Below are positions 26,242 to 39,105 of a DNA stretch of 64,000 nt, in pieces. Position 1 is the first letter of the stretch; each line of letters starts with the position of its first letter. Origin of the DNA: the human T2T-CHM13v2.0 reference genome, Homo sapiens; NCBI RefSeq assembly GCF_009914755.1, contig NC_060929.1. The stretch is one strand, 5' to 3'. Under the pieces are notes generated by a model, which was not told the origin of the DNA, did no database searches, and worked only from the letters and a program-made list of their open reading frames with translations. The position numbers were made by a program, and so were the translations under genes.

Positions 26242-29200
26242 TCAAAACTATTCTCATGAATATCTTTTCACTACTTGGCTTGCTAACCCTGGGTGTCTCA
26301 GCAGATAGAGAGGTGGAATTAGAGAGCTGTCAGGAGTTGGCCCTTCTCTCACAATTACTGGTAAGCTCCATCTCAGCTTCTTTTCCACACATTAAGGGCA
26401 ATGTGACTCATCAGGCTGGGGAGTTTTAAAAATAGTAATGCCTGGGCCCCAGCCCTGAGGTTCTCTTTAGGTTATTCCGGGTAGGGCCTGGGTATCCTTA
26501 TTTTCAAAAGCTCCACTCCTCCCCCAAATGGATGCTAATGAACAGCCAGGGCTGTGAACCATTGGCTTGGGGTTTCTTTGCATAGGTGTCAGTGACAAGT
26601 TGGGGCACATTTTTTAAAGTGCTAAATCCCAGGAGGCCCTTCAGTCTCCATTCCCAAGGTTGACTTCTATAGTAACAAAACAGGTCAAAATCTCAGGCCA
26701 GAGAGGTGCCACACACACTGAGCCCCAATCACACCTGATCACCCAGCATGCACTGCTTATGAGACTCAATTTCAAACATCCCCACCTTTGATCAGGCAGC
26801 TCTATGACATAGCAGGGCACCTTGTCTTTTTCTACCTGTTAAATCTTATCCTGCTTGGTTCTGTATTAGGCAAACAGGAGGCAGGTAATGCATGTTCATT
26901 CAATTACTATTGCCAAATAAATTATGCCACCCTGGTTTGGGGGGAGTTTTCAGTAATGCAACCAGTTTTCTTTCCATGATAGTAATAAAATGCTTTTACA
27001 TCACAATACAGACTTTAGCAATGCAGGCTGTCTCCCTAGCTGTGAGGCAGCAAGGGTGCCTCATTTATTTCTGAAGCCGTGGTATCTAGCATAGTACCTG
27101 GAACACAGAGGTGCCTAATCAATGCTAGCTGGAGTCAATGATTTAAGATGACAGTATTAATTATTGTAAAATGAAATGATAATCAATTTCACAGGTTTTA
27201 TAGCTAGCATCCACGGTTCTTACACTCTATTCTATAAGAAATAAATACATTCAGAGCCTTAGAACCTTTTTCTTTTAATTGTAGCTCAGAGTAACCTCAT
27301 CAGAATCATCTTCTGCTGTTGGTAGATCTGTCTTTTATGACATACTCGCAACTGTGCTAAAGGTAGTGTTAGCTTAGGTAAAATAGTACCTAACAACAAT
27401 CACAAGAAAAGTGGCCTTTGGCTTGCCTGCTCTATTTTAAATGGTAATTCCTCTCCACTGACCATGTTTCAGTGTGAGTACATACAATTGCCTCCTCTTT
27501 AACCGGTCTGGAAAATAATTTTGAAGCATCATTATCTCTGCCACCTCTGGCCCCTGGGTGGGTGCTGACTCAGTTGGAGCACACAGCTTGTCCCTCCACC
27601 TCCAGTGCTTCTTGCCCCATGGAGCTCAGAAGAAGATACAGGTACCTGCCCATGGCAAATGCATTCAGTTCCCCACAAACACAGATCCATAGGGGAATCA
27701 GGAAACAGGATAAAAGGGGAGAGTATATTACCTTTCTCATTAGCTATGCCCCAATTCCTTTTAGGGCTGGGTACAGCAGTCCACACCTGCTTCCAGAATG
27801 TGCCTACTAAACTGAAGGGGTTGGTTTCTGGATGGGTCACCTTGTGGGAATATTACTGGGTAGGGAACAGTGATGACCAGTGGTGCTCCAGAAAACATGC
27901 AGAGCATGTCAATAAGAGAGTGGAGAGAATTTAGATGTGGTGGAATGAGAATGACCCATGTGTTCTGAGGCTCCCGCCTCCCTCTATGAAGGGACATCCT
28001 GCCATTTTGAGTTGAGCAGGTGAGAGCACCCTACTTCTGCTGAATCACAGAAAGGATGGAGAAGGATACTCCTTGATGGAGGAGGAGGAAAGGGGATTAG
28101 GGAGAGAAGTTGGCTCATTCCATGTAATAGAGTTTAGAGAGAAGGTGGGAGGGGAGAGTGAATATTTCAAGGGCTGCTCAAATGAAGGTTGAGTGGATTT
28201 GGTGATTATGGGGAGAGAAAACAGGCTAAATACCAAATCCTCATTAAGGTGTTTCAACAGATGAGATTTAGCAGAAAATGGAATTTTGAGTTACGTGCAT
28301 GGTGGCTTCTGACCCTGCTCCTGGAAGACAACTTTTAGAAACTTGACCCTGATGGGGTGGAGGGTGACCCAGTGAATAGCCACAGCTGTGATGATATGGT
28401 CAATGTTGATGTTTCTATTGATAATTTTGTTTCCAAAGAGAGTTTTGGAAACTTTGTCTTCTATCCTTAGAAGTTAGATTCATCAACTATTTTCTTATAA
28501 GAGACTTCTCTGACCCAGGAGCTTCAAGAAATAATTAACTTTGAAAATGAACAATGCTTGTTTATTTCTACTGGGGATATTAATTGGAACCCAAAATAAT
28601 GACTAGGACACTGTTGGCCTATGTATGGCCTTTTTCTACCTGTTTTTTAAAAAGTTCTGGAAGTTTTTTAATGTAGCAAGATTTGGCCTCTAAGCGAGGA
28701 TTCCTCAGTGGCCATACACAGACTATTTGGTACTGAAGTCACAAACACAAGCTTTTCACCTTAGCTGTCCTTGAAGGCTCTACAGCCCACAAAGCTTGTC
28801 AAGTCTAATTTTTTTTTTAAGTGACTTGAGATATAAAGAAAAGTGTGGCAAAAATCTGTTGGGCTTTTAGTAACCCAAGCTCACCCATGCACCAGCCTGT
28901 AACACTCAGGGCTTAGTACTTACATTCACAAGCAAGACTACTTCGCTGGGGACCTATTTTTCAGATGAAAGTCAAAACAGAAATCATTGCCTTAGGTAAC
29001 CAGCTAAGACATTAATGCTCACGTATCAGAAGCCTGATTGTTCAAAATTGTACCAGTTTTCCAGTCATTTTTGAGTGGAAGAAACCTATTAATGTAATCA
29101 CATTAAGCAGAGAATGAAAATATTTCAAATTAGTGGCATTTACACATACACTTCCTTCTTATTTCAAGAAAAGGTATTAAATACAATAAACTGAAGGTAG

Positions 29201-30106
29201 AATATTCTGATGCACAGTCTGTGTGACTAAAGACCAAGCCAGATTTTGCTTAACTACAAAACCTTCTGCTCCTCTCTGCTGTAATAAAACAAGCTCCCAT
29301 CTATTTTTAAGGTAAACTGTTTGTTAAAGATTCATTAAAACTAATTCCATCAACAATTCCAAGAGCTATTAGAGTTAAATATTTAAACTAAATTTTAAGG
29401 GCCAAAAGGGAGTATTTGCAGTTTAATGTACAAATAAATACCACCTGACATACCAGTTGCTGTCATTAGTTTGTTTCAGCTCTGTTGCTTCTAATGAAAT
29501 TTAATTAAATTGATTTGGATACTTAAAGGTACAGTACGTATAAGCATAAGGATCTTGTGCAACACCATCTTTTAAAAGCAAATACTGTGTAAATCTGTTT
29601 TAGGAATTCAATTTACTGCTACTGGGCTAATTCTAAAGAACCAGTGTAACCAAGAAGATTTGAAAAGTTGGAAAAAATGTATATGATTTAGTAGAAGAAA
29701 GTATACCATTGTTAACCGCTAGGAGTTAATAGGTACCAATGGAATGCAAAAAACCAAAACAAACAAAGAAACGAAAACACCTGGGAAATTGAAATAAGAC
29801 CATATCAGTCCTCTTACCTCCCTGGCTTTGCTTTTGAGGCCTTAAAACAAAGATCTGACTTGGATGAGCTTTAACAATGTCCTCTGTGTTTCAATTAGTA
29901 CTGCAAAGTTAAGTTCAGGATAAAACTGAACAGTCCAGTCTTCAGATTTAGGAATACAAATGTCTAGCTTCTAATATGTCATTTGAGCATTTGAACAGTC
30001 AGCTATTTTACATATACACTCATCACTGGGGAACAAATTCGATGTTTACGCTGGGTCTCAACTTCAAGTTCTCTATATTCCAGTCTCCTTCAAAATGCTT
30101 CTGACA

Positions 30107-30416
30107 GGCCGGGCGCAGTGGCTAATGCCTGGAATCCCAGCACTTTGAGAGGCCGAGGTGGGTGGATCACCTGAGATCGGGAGTTTGAGATCAGCCTCAG
30201 CAACATGGAGAAACCCTGTCTCTACTAAAAGTACAAAATTAGCTGGGCATGGTGGCACGTGCCTATAATCTCAGCTACTTGGGAGGCTGAGGCAGGAGAA
30301 TTGCTTGAACTGTTTCGTTTTTGCAGAGGTTGCAGTAAGCTGAGATCATGCCATTACACTCCAGCCTGGGCAACAAGAGTGAAACTCCTTCTCACAAAAA
30401 AAAAAAAAAAAAAAGA
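30107..30416 (+). mobile_element. Alu (AluSp/Sq-like)
   Basis: Alu consensus; imperfect TSD AAAATGCTTCTGACA / AAAATGCTAATGACA. Confidence 0.95.
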
Positions 30417-30599
30417 AAAATGCTAATGACAATGTGAATGGAAGCAGAGTCATTGAACATGCCCTCTGCTAGGCTTACACTCTGGGGTAGCTACACTGGT
30501 GCTTTTATTCAATAAAAATTAGTAAGTAGCTAGCACCATGCTGAGCACAGGGCAAGAAAAGAGAGACTGGCATGGTTGTTGAGGGGAAGATGAAGGAGA

Positions 30600-31860
30600 A
30601 ACAGGTGTTCAGACATGATCACATCAATAGCCAGGCTGTAAGAGCCATGAAGGAAAAGTACAGGTTATTGGGAAGGACTGCTATTAGCCTTAGAGAGCTG
30701 GGGAAAGTCAGGAAGTTTTTCTGGAGGGTGTTATAGTTACACTGGGGCAGCAATAACCAGGATTGGAGGCAGAGAAGGGGAGGCATTCCTGGGGGAGGAA
30801 TTGACCTGTGCCCAGGCAATGCCAAGGCTCTGAGGTGGAAACTGCTTTGTACCTGCAGAGGAAGAGCAAGGGGAAGCAAGAACAGCGTGGCTGAGGCAAA
30901 GCGATCGCAGGCAGGGTGGACGGAAGTCAGCGCAGGGAGGTGAGCAGGACTTTGTGAGAAAATGGAAGGTACTGAAGAGTTTTAATCAGGAGAATGGCCA
31001 GGTCAGATCGGGATTTTTAAAAGTATATTCTGAATGCTTAATGGAAAATAGACTGAAGATGGTAACGTTGATTCCAGAAAACCAATTAGGCAGTAATATT
31101 GTACCAGGACCAGGGACAGATGATGATGGAAGTAAGGATGGGAGACATAGTTGGGTATGGGAGATATTTAGGAAATATATCATCAGGGTTTGTGAAAAAT
31201 AGAGTGGAGATAAGAAAGAAGGAAGTATTAGTTGGATAACTCTCAGATTTCTGAAAAGAACAACAAGGTGGGTTGGGTGCTATTTACTGAGATGGGCAAC
31301 CACGGAAGAAGAATAGATTTAGGGAATATACTGAGAGCTAAGCACTGGATGTATGGACAGTTACAGCTGATGAGCCATCTAAGTGCAGATGTCATGTGGG
31401 TAGTTGTATGGATGGGTTTAGTGTTAAACAGTGAAGACCAGATAGAGAAATAAATGTGGATACAAACTAGTCTTCAAATGCATTTAAAAACCATGGGAGC
31501 AGGGTGCAGCAAACCACCATGGCATCTGTATACCTATGTAACAAACCTGCATGTTCTGCACATGTATCCCAGAACTCAAAGTATAATTAAAAAACAATTG
31601 TCTTAAGATGGTAGTGGTTTGTGAAGGGATCTTGCCTATATGCTGTGAAGTTCTCATGAGACAGGTTCTATTAAAAAAAACAACAACAAAAAAACCATGG
31701 GAGCAGATGAGATCATCTACATTAGCAGGTATAGGGTCCCAAACAAGGATGTTGCAGGGAAGACCAGGACCAGGGTATTGGCAAAAAAGACTGAGAAGGG
31801 GCGCTTTCCCACATAGAGAAAAATAAGAATAGTGACAAAGCAGCCAGGGAGGAGGCTGTT
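30600..31860 (-). mobile_element. Degenerate L2, interrupted by a small L1 insertion
   Basis: L2-like motifs ('gtgctatttactgagatggg', 'atttaaaaaccatggga...gatgagatcatc'). Confidence 0.65.
31503..31689 (+). mobile_element. Very short L1PA 3' end (~90 bp) with additional downstream sequence inside the TSDs
   Basis: 'ggtgcagcaaaccaccatggca..tgtatacctatgtaacaaacctgcatgttctgcacatgtatcccagaact.aaagtataat'; 17-bp TSD AAAAACCATGGGAGCAG at 31486-31502 and 31690-31706. Confidence 0.92.
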
Positions 31861-33789
31861 TAACAGAGAAAGATGTGTCAGGGCCTCCCCAGTCCATGCC
31901 CTTTTCTTCCTGGATGCCCATCTAGACCACATGTCCCAGCCTCTCCTTGTGGCAGCCTTTCACACCCACGTGATGGAGATCTAGCCAACGGAGGTGAGGC
32001 AGCGGGCATGTGTGTTGCCAGGTATAGCTGCGGCCCTTACGGCGTGCCAGAGCCACAGATGGAAGGAGGAGTCTGGGTCCCGAGTGCCCACATGGAGAAG
32101 AGCTGACCCATCTACTTGAACACCTGTCCAGGATGACTACAGGAGCAAGAAAATAAACTTTCGTGTAGTTGGATCATTAGATGTTTAGGTCTGCGTGTTA
32201 CAGTGGGGAGCCCTCCCTAAGTCACACAGGCAATGAGACTCGTTGGATGCTCCAGTTAGGAGCCCTTTCCGTGGAGGCATGAGGACTGACTGCTAGGGGT
32301 TGATGAGCACAACAGAATGTAAGAAAGGCACCATGAATGAACTCCAACCTTCCTAGAAACCTCATTGTGAAGGCTGGACCATGGGAGAGCAGAAAGTGAG
32401 AAGGCAGAAGATGGAGAAGGATGGGGAGAGGACATTTCTCAAACATCGTAAGATAGAAGCACGAAGAGCATATGTATCTCTAGGGGAAGAATGACCAGAG
32501 GGAGAGGATGAAGAAACAGGAGGAGGAAAATGGACAATGTCAGGAGAAAACGACTTAACAAGAGGCCTGGACCATAAATAGGGAATAAATATATATTTCT
32601 ATTTTAAAATAGAACCCAATAAAAGTAAGCACAAAGTGAAACAATCAAGAAAAAATTGCTAAAACGCATGCCACTGTGTAACTGGGGAAAGGTAACCCAA
32701 TGTGGATGTATCCACTTCAGAATTTCCAGAACCTAGAAGGGAGCAGATGATCCAGCAGGTACTCAGTAAATATGCATTGAAGGTACGAATGAATGTAAGC
32801 TACTAGGAGTGGCCATTTGCTAGTAGGATTGACAGGACTGCTCTAAGAGGAATCACATGGTATTAAGGAGAATAAGAAAATGGGGGTACTATCGCATAGA
32901 CTGGCATAGAGAAAAACCCAATTGCTGTATACTTTTATTTTATGCTACATACCTTACCAGCGGCCAATCTGTCATCTGGTTAAATGGAGCACTGGCGGGA
33001 GGACGGCATGAACAGCTCTCTCAGAGCAGTTCATGGGAACTGTGAGTTCACTCAGCTTTAACCTCGGGAACTGCTGGCAGCCTGTCACGGGCACGTGGTT
33101 ATGACAGGACACGTGGCAACAACAAGAAACATCTGAGACAGTTCCACATTCTGTGACCTCACTTCTTCCCTTGGTTGTTGCTAATGTTCTTATATTGTTC
33201 CAGCTACAAAACGGAGTCTGAAAACGTACAGTTCTCTTTCCATCGAACTGGCTGGCCTCCCTGCATAGGGCAAAGGAGTCATGGACTTGGGGCCGTTTTC
33301 AAGGTTGAAGCCAATTGGTAATTACTGTGGAAGTATTTCCAACGAAATGACAGCACTGTGGGATCTCCCAAGAATGTGGCTTTTATAAAAACTGGGCACA
33401 GATACTCAAAAGGAGCATTGGTGCTGTTGCACACATAGCGTGGATGTCCAGGGAATGAACATCTCCGTAGCCTTTCTTCACTTTCGCACCGTGTAATGAA
33501 ACTCGGCTTTTCAGTTAAGCCCCTAGACAGGGAGATGTGGGTGGCCACTTGATTAAGAACTGGAAGTATTTACATTCTTGTCTCTAAAAGAAAAAGGCAT
33601 GCCCTCCCTGGCTCTTTTCCATTCCAGTTGTTTGGAATGTGGGCAAACTGATAGCCAATGTGGATAATACAGATGAGGGCAACACTCCAGAGGTGGTGAG
33701 CATGGAGTTAGGAGGAGCCAAACCCCTGGCTCTGGCAGGCGTTATATCAGACTTTGATCATTACACTCAGGCTTTTATGTGAGAGGGAG

Positions 33790-34145
33790 TGGGAGACTGA
33801 ATAATACTGCCTCCCCCATAGAAGATGTCACCATCCTAATTCCCAGAACCGGTGAATATGCTACCTTAAATGGCCAAAGGAACTTTGCAGATGTGATGAA
33901 GTTAAAGACCTTGAAAGGGAGAGATCATTCTGAATATCCCAGTAGGCCCAATGTCATCTCAAGGGTTGTTCCTTATAAGAGAGACTCGGGGGGTCACAGA
34001 GCAGGCAGTACGACAACATAAGCAAAGAAATTTCAAAGATGCGGTACTGCTGCCTCTGATGGTGGAGAAGGAGGCCACCAGCCAAGGAATGCAGGCAGCC
34101 TTTAGAAGCTGGAAAAGGCAAGGAAACAGATTCTCTAGAAAACTT
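33790..34145 (+). mobile_element. MLT1-type (ERVL-MaLR) LTR fragment
   Basis: 'gtgggagactgaataat...ccccc..agatgtc.ccatcctaattcccagaacc.gtgaatatg.taccttaaatggc.aaaggaactttgcagatgtgat'. Confidence 0.8.
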
Positions 34146-36806
34146 GTAGATAATTAAATACTGATGATAAGGTAGTATGCCAGGATGTTAATGTAATTTT
34201 CTTATCGTCTCTGTTCTGGCTAAGGTCCCAAGCAAGGCAAAGAATAATAGATGCCCCCTTGCCCCACTTTCTCGAAGTCTTAGACCTTCCACTCGGAGTT
34301 GCAAAAATGGTGGACAAAATAGGGTTCTGCAGTATTAGCATATGACTCAACTCCAGATTATATAAGATTAGGCTGAGGGTGGAAGCGGCTGGTGGTGAGA
34401 ACTTCCTTGGAAGTAATCAATTGGTTGGGGATTCCTCAGCCTCCCTCTCCAGAAGCCCAGGGAGTGGACTATGTAAAGACCTTCACCATGAGCTCCCTGA
34501 AGTTTGGGGGTGGCAGGCCTGGTGTCTTCAGTGGCATTAGCGGGGCAATACAGAGATTCAGTGCCAGAGGTGAACTGACCATGGAGCCATGAACTTTCAT
34601 GCCCGCCCATCGCATGGGCCCCTTCCAGGGTCTGTACCTAATTTTATATTCATAAAGTGTACTCTTCTTCTTAAATAGGACTTCCAAAATGACAAAAGCT
34701 ACAGGGGCACAAAATTTGTATCTTCCCTGGTCTGTGTGTAGTCTGAGGCTGATTGAGAATTCTGAGGCGGATGGCTGTGGAGGTCAGGCATCCCCAGTTG
34801 GGAGGTCCTTGGTTGCAGGGTGGTACTTCTGAGCAACCCACCCCACTGCCCTCATGAGAGATGGAGCTAGCCAGCAGACATCTCCCATGGGCAGAGTGTA
34901 CCAGAGCCAGGATATAACCAAGATGGTCAGGTTCTGCTCTCCTCTCCTTGAGTCTCCTTTCCCACTTAGCTCAACCTCATTGGGAGGCATTGAGACAGGG
35001 GAAGCCACAGCTTATGAGAAGGGGAGGGAGAAGAGATGGAGCTGGGAAGAGAGAAGAAACTGATCACGCTGTCTCTCAAGCACACCGAGTTCTCATAGAT
35101 GTGATATCACCCAATCTACTGGATCCACCAGAAAACGAGGGAGTAAGTTTGAGTTAATTGCCCCAAAGTAAGTGAGAAGAATGGATGTAGACTTACATTA
35201 AACTTACTGAGTTTACTAGCTCCTGATCTGGTCCTTTGATTCTGCCTTTTGTCTCTGGGGTATTTTTGTAGGGTTTGATTCAAAAATGTTACGAGCGAAG
35301 CCTTGTGAAATGGTGGAATTATAGAGGAAGTGTTTAGTTTGGGTACTGCTATATGGGATTTCCCCTGACTTGGGGATCTATCCCAGCAACAGCTGTAACT
35401 TAGTGACTTCTTGTTTAGCAACTGCCATGTGCATTGATTTCCACTTTTGCACAATTGATTTTTGCTTCTTTTCCCATTTGTGCCTTTGCTTTTGGACAGA
35501 TATCATATGATGAGTGTCTGAGAGTTGTCTCAGAGAGGTCAGGAGACCTCGTGAAGAAAGACCTTCTTTGTCAATACCAAACATCAACAAGTAAACGTCC
35601 AGATTTATGAAGGAGACAGTATGGTAGCTGAGTTTAACCTTAGCCTTTTTGTTTTCTACCCTTACTTGACATCAAGTGATTTAGAAAAGAAAGAACTTGA
35701 GGAGCTACAATTGCAAACCTTGTGGACACTAGCCTTGGGTTGTTTTAAAATCTGGCTGAAAGTCCTTATGTTCTTCCAATAATCTGTTGTTGAAGAATTT
35801 TCCAGCACAGTAGGAAGATTAATAAATTCCCATTAAGCAATTTCCTTGATAAAATGACAGCTCTACATTTGGTAGTTTATTTCTATAGAGGATTTACTGC
35901 TTTTTCATCCCTATCTTAGATACCCAGAAAGTAGAATCTATTAATTCTCAAAATGGCAACATATTGGAAGACATATTAAAGCCCTTCAGTATTCCTCACC
36001 CTTCATACTGCAAAGCTTAAATAAAATTATGAATTTTGACTATATTGTGTTTTTCCTCGACAATATTTCAAAGTATCTTTCTAATTCTCACTGGAATCTG
36101 GTATTGTTTTTCAAATGTCCAGCAGATGAGGGTGATGGAGTAATGTTAAACATGAGAACATGACTTCAGTTTGCAGGGCCATGGCTACTGGCTCATCTAT
36201 GTAGAGTGGTCAGTCTCCCACAAGCAAGCTGCGAAAGATGACAAAAGGCTGTATTCACTCCTTCATCCACTCTGATTTGGACATGTGAGGAAATCTACAG
36301 GCATTCCCTTACCCATCTATAATTACTTATTGATTTCTTGTTTTGTGAGTGCAATGGCCGCAAGAGCCAATGAAATGAATCCAAGAGCAGTAAGGAAAGA
36401 GAGCCTGGTGTGAGACAGGCCATGAAGGGCATGACTCCACTCCCATCAAAGCTCATTCTTCACTTGCTGTGCAACCCAAGAGTCTATCTTCTCTGACAAT
36501 AAAAGGAAGGACATTGAAAGATTAGTTTTACGTTTTCTTTCTCTCATCACGAAGGCAAGAGTGAATACAGTGTCTCTATTCAGAGAAATATGATCTTACT
36601 CTGTTTCAAGCACAGGCAGTCTGGCATTCTTCAAGACATGAGCTCACTGTGCAAGATAACAACATTGTGTGTGGGGTGGAGTGGAGGGGGGCACAACCAT
36701 AAAAACACCAGACCACTAACATTAGGAGGGATAATGCATCTGGTTTCTAACCCCATTGCTTGTCAACAAGAGGTTGGGTCTGACGTCTGATCTACCTGTG
36801 ATTTGA

Positions 36807-37176
<370 letters not shown>

Positions 37177-37606
37177 TGAGTGGACGCTGTTCTCTCTGAA
37201 GCACTTTGAGATTCTTAGAGCAAAATGAGCTTCAGGACCATAAGCTGAACATTGGAAAAATCATCTACCACTTTAACAACAGGGACTGCCCTGACCCTTT
37301 CCATAGTAACTTTACAGGGTCTGTTTGAATGGCCTGGCTTGTCTTCCAGGCAAGCAGTCCACGGAGAGGCAAGGGCACGGAAGCATGCAGGTAGCATCCC
37401 CTCCATTCTGATCACCAGCTTTCAGCACCTAGCACTCTCTGTTGTAAACATGGGACTCCGTTTCCTATAGGAATATCGCTAGCAGGCAGAGCTGCATGGG
37501 AGAAAGGAGAAAGACCGTGGGAAAGCAGAAAGACAGTGGGACTAGAGGAGACAGAGTAGAGAGACCAGGGGGAGAGGAGCTGTAAAAATGTAGGCAGAGG
37601 TGACTA

Positions 37607-37629
37607 GTGATGATGATGATGATGATGAT
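37607..37629. repeat. (GAT)n microsatellite
   Basis: Visible; gives rise to poly-Asp/Ile/His ORFs. Confidence 0.9.
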
Positions 37630-38598
37630 AAAATGAAATCCTCGGATCCAAACCTTCAGCTGCCTGTGGACAGGATGGCAGAGACGGCACTTGCCAATCA
37701 AACAGCTTGGAAAAGTGTTGTTGAATTAATGGCAGCAACTCCCATGGATATATTACTTTCCATTTTACAAAGCACTGTGATGACTGCTGTTCCATTTGAG
37801 ACATCAGCAATCCACTGAGGCAAGTGTTATGGCTTTCCCATCATGGATGGGAAAACCAAGGGAGGGGGTGGGATTGAGGGAGAGATGCCCACAGACTTCA
37901 TGAAAGGCCATGAAGGTTCTTTAACACAAAGGTCAAGGAAAGATACAGACTTGGATACATAAAGTGGAAGGAAGGCATCATGGTGACCCAGGCTTCCAAA
38001 CCTCCAAAGATCTGAGGGCTTGTCCCGCTGCTTCCAGAGAACATGCTGCCAGGTCTAAGAATAGCCAGAGACCATTTTAAGAGGTCGTTTACTTTCCTGG
38101 TGGCTCTTCATCAGGAATGGCTGCTTATCAGGTACAGATAACCGGCTGCCAAGCAACCCTAGCGCATCTGAAACCTGGTGAATCGGAGGGCTACTCATGG
38201 TGTTCCGCCCCTCAGCAGAGGTGGCCAGAGGGCTGCCGGAAGTCAGTTCTTACACTGATGGACAAGGGGTCTCAAGTCACCTGCCCAAGGTCATGCTGCT
38301 GGTAAGTGGCAGGGCTGTGCTGTGGACCCCTGGCCATGCACTCTTTGTATTTCACCAAATTGTAGGATGAGCCTTTCAGACACCAATGTGATCTCCAGTT
38401 TTATGAGTAGAAGTTGAGTGTCCCTCATCAGGAAAGCATAGTCTCTGTCTATTCTCCTCTGCTTCAAACAAGCTTGGAGGAATACGTTCATTTTGGGGTG
38501 CTATATTACCAAAGGGATACCAACAAACTTACATGCATTTGGCAAAAAAGGATAGCATGGTGAAGGCTGTGGAAAGGCTGACATATTAGAATTCAGCA

Positions 38599-39105
38599 TG
38601 TGATGGGATTCATGCTAACCCCAAATATGGCACCTTGGCATTTGGGAAAACAACAGAGGCAGAAAGATCTCTCTCACCTTCCCCTCACGCTTCTTCCCTT
38701 AAGCAGGTCATAAAACCCTCATTCGAGAGGTGCCTCCTTATACTGGAGCAAAGGAACAGCCTTATCTCTGAACTCACAGGGGCCCACAGAGGAATCCGTA
38801 AGATCTCCTTGTTTATCAACATTAGATCATACCCTTTTGTCCTCCAATCAGACTTCTCCATGGGTGTCCACTCTCCATCAAACTTAAGCATAAAAATACA
38901 CAAGTTTACCTGTTTCTTTGGGCCTTTATTTCCTTACAGAGGTTCTCATATAATTAATTGGCATGCAATTATCTCATGTAATTTTCTAATTATATAGATA
39001 ATTTTGTATGCTTTTCTCTTGTTACTATAATTTGTCTTTCATTATAGGGGCTTCAGCCATGAACCTAGTGATGGGTGAGGGAGGATATTTCTTTTCCTCC
39101 CCTAC
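38599..39105 (+). mobile_element. ERV1-type solo LTR (MER39/MER34-like)
   Basis: Starts TGTGATGGG..., contains 'accccaaatatggcaccttggcat', ends 'tttcttttcctcccctaca'. Confidence 0.7.
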
